This document shows positions 59,290-64,000 of a DNA stretch of 64,000 nt, one piece after another. The translations under genes and the position numbers were made by a program. The stretch covers positions 43,597 to 107,596 of the forward strand of contig JAURVI010000020.1 in NCBI GenBank assembly GCA_030655515.1, written 5' to 3'. This DNA comes from Polaromonas sp. GTDB taxonomy: Bacteria > Pseudomonadota > Gammaproteobacteria > Burkholderiales > Burkholderiaceae_C. A model generated the notes under the pieces. It was not told the origin of the DNA. It did not search any database and worked only from the letters and a program-made list of their open reading frames with translations. Numbering within the stretch: the first letter of the stretch is position 1; each line of letters begins with the position of its first letter.

Positions 59290-60230
59290 ACCCGGACACC
59301 GCCGTTGAACGCACCGGCATGTTGATTGTCGCCCTGCCCGGTGCAGCCCAACTGGCGGCCCGCCTGGCCCGCCTGCTGCGCTGCGACTGGAGCGAGCTGT
59401 GGCTGCACCGCTTTCCCGACGGCGAGACGCTGGTGCGCATCGACGCGCCGGTGAAGGGCCGCTGCGTGGTGCTGGCCGGCAGTCTGCATCGCCCCGACGA
59501 CAAGACCCTGCCCCTGTTGTTCGCCGCCGATGCGGCGCGCGACCTGGGCGCATCGCAAGTCGGCCTGGTCGCGCCCTACCTGGCCTACATGCGGCAGGAC
59601 CGGCGTTTCAACGAGGGCGAAGCCATCACCTCGCGCAGTTATGCACGGCTGCTGTCGTCATCGCTGGACTTTCTGGTCACCGTCGATCCGCACCTGCATC
59701 GCTGGCAAAGCCTGGGCGAAATTTACCCCATCCGAACGCAGGCGATCGCGGCGGCGCCGCTGATCGCACGCTGGCTGCGCAGCCATGTCGACAACCCGCT
59801 GGTGATTGGCCCCGACCAGGAAAGCGGGCAATGGGTGGCCGAGGTCGCGCGACTGGCCGGCGCGCCCTGGACCGTGCTGACCAAGACCCGCCGGGGCGAC
59901 CGCGACGTACGCGTCACGCTGGCGGGCCACGAACCCTGGCCCGGCCGGACGCCGGTGCTGCTCGACGACATCATCTCCACCGGCGCAACCCTGCTGGCGG
60001 CCACCGCGGCCCTGAAGAAAGCCGGCATGGCGCCGCCGCTGTGCATCGGCGTGCATGCCTTGTTTGACGCCGACGCGCTGCAACAGTTGCGCGACGCAGG
60101 CGTGACGCGCGTGCTCACCTGCGACACGATCCCGCACGCTTCCAACGCCATCCGCCTCACACCCCTGCTGGCCAGGGCCGTGCGGGCCGCGGCATCGGGC
60201 ACGCCCAGGGTCAACACGGCCTTGACTTGA
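59286..60230 (+). CDS. prs: Ribose-phosphate pyrophosphokinase (accessory type)
   Basis: FPDGET, APYLAYMRQD, VDPHLHR, GPDQES, LLDDIISTG; overlaps the upstream stop. Confidence 0.88.
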   Translation: MNPDTAVERTGMLIVALPGAAQLAARLARLLRCDWSELWLHRFPDGETLVRIDAPVKGRCVVLAGSLHRPDDKTLPLLFAADAARDLGASQVGLVAPYLAYMRQDRRFNEGEAITSRSYARLLSSSLDFLVTVDPHLHRWQSLGEIYPIRTQAIAAAPLIARWLRSHVDNPLVIGPDQESGQWVAEVARLAGAPWTVLTKTRRGDRDVRVTLAGHEPWPGRTPVLLDDIISTGATLLAATAALKKAGMAPPLCIGVHALFDADALQQLRDAGVTRVLTCDTIPHASNAIRLTPLLARAVRAAASGTPRVNTALT

Positions 60231-60292
60231 AGTACCCGCAAGTCCGGCACAAGATCACAGCGTCACAGCGCGTTGATCGAAATCTTAAGCGC

Positions 60293-61213
60293 TTATTCAA
60301 CAACGCTGGCACCCTCTGGTTTGAGCATCACTTCCATCGCTTTCGCTCGAAACTCGCGCGGACTCAAACCGGTGTGTTTGCGAAAAAACCGGCCGAAATA
60401 AGTCTCGTCAGAAAAACCCAGGACATAGGACAGTTGCTTGACGCTGTTGCCGGTGTAGACCAGGACCCGCTGGGCCTCGTGAATGAGGCGCGCGTTGATG
60501 ATGTCAAGGCTGGATACGCCCAGCACCTCGCGACACAGGCGTGACAATTGACCGGGGGTAATGCCAAGCTGCTCGGCATAGGTGCGGATCGGCCAATGCT
60601 TCTTGTAGTTTTCATCGACCATGGTCCGGAATTTTTCAATCTGCATGGCCTTGCGTGAGTTCGCATTCAAGGGGGCCGCCACGGTCTCATGACTGAGGCG
60701 CGCCATCTGTACGCAGACTGCCGCCAGCAGCGCCATGCTCGCCGTCAACTGACCGACGGCTTGTACATGCGCCTCCCGCTCGATCGCCAGAAACAGCGGC
60801 ATCAGCGACTCGGCGTGGCGGCTGGCATCGTCCAGAGCCATGACTGCGGGCTTGCGCATGATGGGCAGCAACTCCGGACCGGCTACGTTCACCAGCGCCT
60901 CCAGCGGCCGTTGCGCAGCCGTGACAACCGGGCCGTTGACATCCTCGGAGAAGCTGAAGCCATGCACGGTTTGTGCAGGAATCCACAACAGACATGGCGC
61001 TTTCACCCACACCTTGGTGTTGTCCAGCAACACTTTGGCCGACCCCTGCACCATGTAGAGAATCTGGATCAGGGCATCGTGCTTGTGGGGCCGGATTGTC
61101 CAGTTGTACGGACGGGAACGCTGCGGAATCCATTCGAAATCCAACAAACTCTGCCAACCGGGCTGAGCCTGGATGCCATAAAGCGAATAGTTAGGGATAA
61201 CCCCGATTGCCAC
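60293..61213 (-). CDS. AraC family regulator (PobR-like)
   Basis: IPNYSLYG, WTIRPHKH, cupin domain, LGFSDETYFGRFFRKHTGLSP; GTG start. Confidence 0.9.
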   Translation of the reverse strand: MAIGVIPNYSLYGIQAQPGWQSLLDFEWIPQRSRPYNWTIRPHKHDALIQILYMVQGSAKVLLDNTKVWVKAPCLLWIPAQTVHGFSFSEDVNGPVVTAAQRPLEALVNVAGPELLPIMRKPAVMALDDASRHAESLMPLFLAIEREAHVQAVGQLTASMALLAAVCVQMARLSHETVAAPLNANSRKAMQIEKFRTMVDENYKKHWPIRTYAEQLGITPGQLSRLCREVLGVSSLDIINARLIHEAQRVLVYTGNSVKQLSYVLGFSDETYFGRFFRKHTGLSPREFRAKAMEVMLKPEGASVVE

Positions 61214-61421
61214 ATTTCACCTCCGCCAAATCGCACGAATTGTCCTGTTCTTCGCGCGAATCGTCAAGCTGCCTGGAGTCTCCTGGGCGAACAATGCCAA
61301 CCATACCCCCTCCACTATTCGATGAGGCGATATGTACCAACGAGATAGCCAGAACCAAGAAAAGAGCACCTTCGCCGGCTACATGGCAATGCGGCCGGTG
61401 TCGGCCGACTGCCAACTTTAA

Positions 61422-61691
61422 GAACTTGTCCGTCAATAATGGGGGGTCGCGCAAATGGATTTTCGGGATGGGATGCAAGGCGCAAAATCCAGGGCAAGGC
61501 TGGTGGCCTTGCCTGATTTTGCAACGCCGCAGACCGCCCGAAAATCTGTTTGCCCTGCGGGTTGGGTCGCAATCGGGCGATTTGCCCACCAAATTCCTTG
61601 CATGGGCGTCCAGCCCATGCTGCGCAATGTTGGCGAGCAACTCATCCCGATTGCGACCCAACGCGACCCCCCATTATTGACGGGCAAGTTC
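61422..61691. mobile_element. 270-bp MITE with 30-bp terminal inverted repeats
   Basis: GAACTTGTCCGTCAATAATGGGGGGTCGCG ... CGCGACCCCCCATTATTGACGGGCAAGTTC (29/30), flanked by TTAA and TTAG; internal 17-bp inverted repeat at 61561-61577 and 61646-61662. Confidence 0.88.
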
Positions 61692-61708
61692 TTAGCGGGG
61701 AAACAGCC

Positions 61709-62491
61709 ATGTCTATGCGCGTTTTAGTCACCGGGGCCAGCCGCGGTATCGGCCGCGCCATCTGCCTGCGTCTGGCAAGCCAGGGCGCCACCGTTGCCGC
61801 CTGCGCATCGGCGCACGCGGACGAACTCATGGCGGTGGTCGATGAGGCGGCGCGCCTGGGTGGCCGCCTGGTGCCCCTGATGGGCGACTTGTCCGACCCC
61901 GCCACGCCCGCCCGCCTCGTGGAACAGGCGATCGTGTCCCTGGGCGGGCTGGATGCCGTGGTGTCCAACGCCGGCGTGTCGCGTCCCGCCTCGCTGGTCC
62001 ATCTGGAATTGGCAGACTGGGACTATCTGCTGGCGGTCAATGCGCGCGCGCCCTGGCTGCTGGCCAAGGCGGCCTACCCCGCACTGCGCGCCAGCCGCGG
62101 CAGCTTTGTTTCGGTGGCCTCGATGTCGGGGGTGCAGCCGTATCCCGGCATGGGCGCCTACAGCCCGAGCAAGGCCGCAGTCCTCATGCTGGTGCGCACG
62201 CTGGCGCAGGAATGGGCGGCCGATGGCATTCGCGTCAATGCCGTGTCGCCCGGCCTGATCCACACCGCACTGACGGCGCGCATCTATGCCGACCCAGAGA
62301 CCAAGGCCGCGCGTGAAGCCCTGATTCCGATGCATCGCATCGGCGCCCCTGACCACGATATCGCGGGCCTGGTGGCGTTCCTGACCGGCCCGGACGCCGG
62401 CTACCTCACCGGACAGAACATCCTGGCGGACGGCGGCTTGATGGACGCGGTTCACGGACTCATCGCCGGTCGTCCGGCCACTGAAAGATAG
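61709..62491 (+). CDS. SDR family oxidoreductase
   Basis: TGASRGIG, SNAG, YSPSK, IRVNAVSPG, YLTGQNILADGG. Confidence 0.93.
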   Translation: MSMRVLVTGASRGIGRAICLRLASQGATVAACASAHADELMAVVDEAARLGGRLVPLMGDLSDPATPARLVEQAIVSLGGLDAVVSNAGVSRPASLVHLELADWDYLLAVNARAPWLLAKAAYPALRASRGSFVSVASMSGVQPYPGMGAYSPSKAAVLMLVRTLAQEWAADGIRVNAVSPGLIHTALTARIYADPETKAAREALIPMHRIGAPDHDIAGLVAFLTGPDAGYLTGQNILADGGLMDAVHGLIAGRPATER

Positions 62492-62497
62492 ATTGCC

Positions 62498-64000
62498 ATG
62501 ATTGACTTGAAACCCGCTGCTGCGTCCCTTGAACGCTACCACCGGGCGGGTTACTGGCAAGACCGTTCTCTGGGGCAGTTGATTGCCGCCAGTGTGGCCC
62601 GCCATCCGGACAAGATCGTGGTGCAGGACGCCTCTGGTCACACGATGCGCTACCGCGAGCTGGAAGACCAGGCCTCGCGCCTGGCTGCCTTTCTGGGTGC
62701 GCGCGGCGTTGGTGCCGGCGATGTGGTCACGATGCATCTGCCGAACTGGTGTCAGACCGTGGTGGTCACCTACGCCAGCTTCAAGTTGGGCGCGGTGATC
62801 AATCCGCTGCCGCCGACCTACGGCTGGAAGGACCTGGCCTTCGTCATGAACAAGAGCGGCTCCAAGGCCGTCATCGTGCCGGGCAAGTTCCGCAGCGCCG
62901 ACTACACCGAGCATCTGGAGCAGATCAGGAACGAGTTGACGCTGGAACCCGTCATCGTGGTGATCGGCCAGGGCAAGTTGGCGCTGGGAACCTCGTTCGA
63001 TGAAGCGCTGTCCGGCCCCCTGCTGGAGGGTGAGGCCTATGGCGGCGCCGATGAGCCCGGTCTGTTGTTGTTTACTTCGGGTTCGGAATCGAAACCGAAG
63101 GGCGTGGTGCATACCCACAACACGGCGATTTATGGCGAGCGGGTTCTGTCCGCCACCCTGCAACTCGACAGCAATGATGTCTGCTTCATGGCCTCGCCGG
63201 TCACCCACACCAGCGGCTTCATGCACGGCATTCTGATGACGCTGATTATCGGCTCCAGCGTTTCGCTGCTGGATGTGTTCAAGGGCGATGCCGCCGTCGA
63301 GCAGATGGCCGCGAGCCGCGCCACCTGGACCATGGGCGCGACACCTTTTCTGAGCGATGTCGTGGACAGCATGGAGCGCAGCGGCAAGCGCCTGCCGGAC
63401 CTGCGCTATTTCCTGTGCGGTGGTGCGCCGATCCCGGAAGTGGTGGTGCGCCGGGCACAGCAAGTCGGCATTCGTGTCCTGAGTATCTATGGATCGACCG
63501 AGAGTCCGCCGCATACCGTGACCTGGCCCGGCGATCCGGTCGACGCCGCCTGGCAATCCGATGGCCGCGCCCTGCCCGGTATCGAAGTGCGCGCGGTGGA
63601 CGAGGAGGGCCACGTTCTGCCACCGGGCCGGCAAGGCGAGCAATGGTCGCGCGGCCCCCATGCCTTCATCGGTTACCTGGGTGAGCCGGAGCTGACGGCC
63701 CGGGCGCTCGACGCCGAGGGCTGGTACCACTCGGGCGATCTCGCCACCGTCGCCGCCGGCGGCGCGGTGCGCATCGTGGGCCGCATCAAGGACATGATCA
63801 TCCGCGGCGGGCAGAACATCTCGGCGCGCGAAGTCGAGGACATCCTGCTCGAACACCCGGCCTGCCGCATCGTGGCCGTCGTCGGCATCCCGGACGAGCG
63901 CCTGGGCGAACTCTGTTGCGCGGTGGTCGTCTGCCATCCCGGAATGACGCTCGGCTTCGACGCGATGAAGCAGCACCTGATCGACCGTGGCGTGGCGCGT
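62498..64000 (+). CDS. AMP-binding acyl-CoA ligase (AliA/FadK-like), partial
   Basis: Not in the ORF track because it runs off the edge. Translates MIDLKPAAASLERYHRAGYW...LPNW...FTSGSESKPKG...YGSTE...YHSGD...GRIKDMIIRGGQNIS. Confidence 0.9.
   Translation, partial: MIDLKPAAASLERYHRAGYWQDRSLGQLIAASVARHPDKIVVQDASGHTMRYRELEDQASRLAAFLGARGVGAGDVVTMHLPNWCQTVVVTYASFKLGAVINPLPPTYGWKDLAFVMNKSGSKAVIVPGKFRSADYTEHLEQIRNELTLEPVIVVIGQGKLALGTSFDEALSGPLLEGEAYGGADEPGLLLFTSGSESKPKGVVHTHNTAIYGERVLSATLQLDSNDVCFMASPVTHTSGFMHGILMTLIIGSSVSLLDVFKGDAAVEQMAASRATWTMGATPFLSDVVDSMERSGKRLPDLRYFLCGGAPIPEVVVRRAQQVGIRVLSIYGSTESPPHTVTWPGDPVDAAWQSDGRALPGIEVRAVDEEGHVLPPGRQGEQWSRGPHAFIGYLGEPELTARALDAEGWYHSGDLATVAAGGAVRIVGRIKDMIIRGGQNISAREVEDILLEHPACRIVAVVGIPDERLGELCCAVVVCHPGMTLGFDAMKQHLIDRGVAR

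Noticed and set aside
1-64000. CRISPR array, tRNA, rRNA, transposase or integrase genes
   Set aside because: No regularly spaced repeat-spacer series, cloverleaf, rRNA signature, or DDE/tyrosine recombinase ORF was recognised.

Overview
GC-rich betaproteobacterial chromosome segment; gene content and repeat families look like Comamonadaceae (Polaromonas-like), which is an inference. Left to right: 3' end of a DEAD-box helicase, apaH, a CBS/CorC protein, a small accessory patch (higA fragment, XRE regulator, low-GC GIY-YIG/T5orf172 gene), urtABCDE, an orphan ureD, the cyanophycin locus (cphA'/cphA plus ABC transporter and DUF1854), a collapsed purine-catabolism locus, amn, a C-P lyase (phn) cluster, gor, dbpA, a trypsin-like protease, glmU, a LysR/DUF2917 pair, 5-formyl-THF cyclo-ligase, slt, GST, cca, modBAC with the tail of a nif cluster (nifX to nifQ), an FNR-box-led kinase/AMP phosphorylase/PRPP synthase module, an AraC regulator, an SDR and an acyl-CoA ligase. 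No rRNA, tRNA, CRISPR array or transposase gene was seen. Most notable signals: two MITE families (one with 10-bp target duplications at stop codons), a 525-bp palindrome inside the urt operon, a palindrome that replaces the HD motif of the CCA enzyme in frame, apparent deletions of three nitrogen-scavenging systems, and the FNR-linked AMP phosphorylase module. All coordinates were read by eye and no database searches were run.
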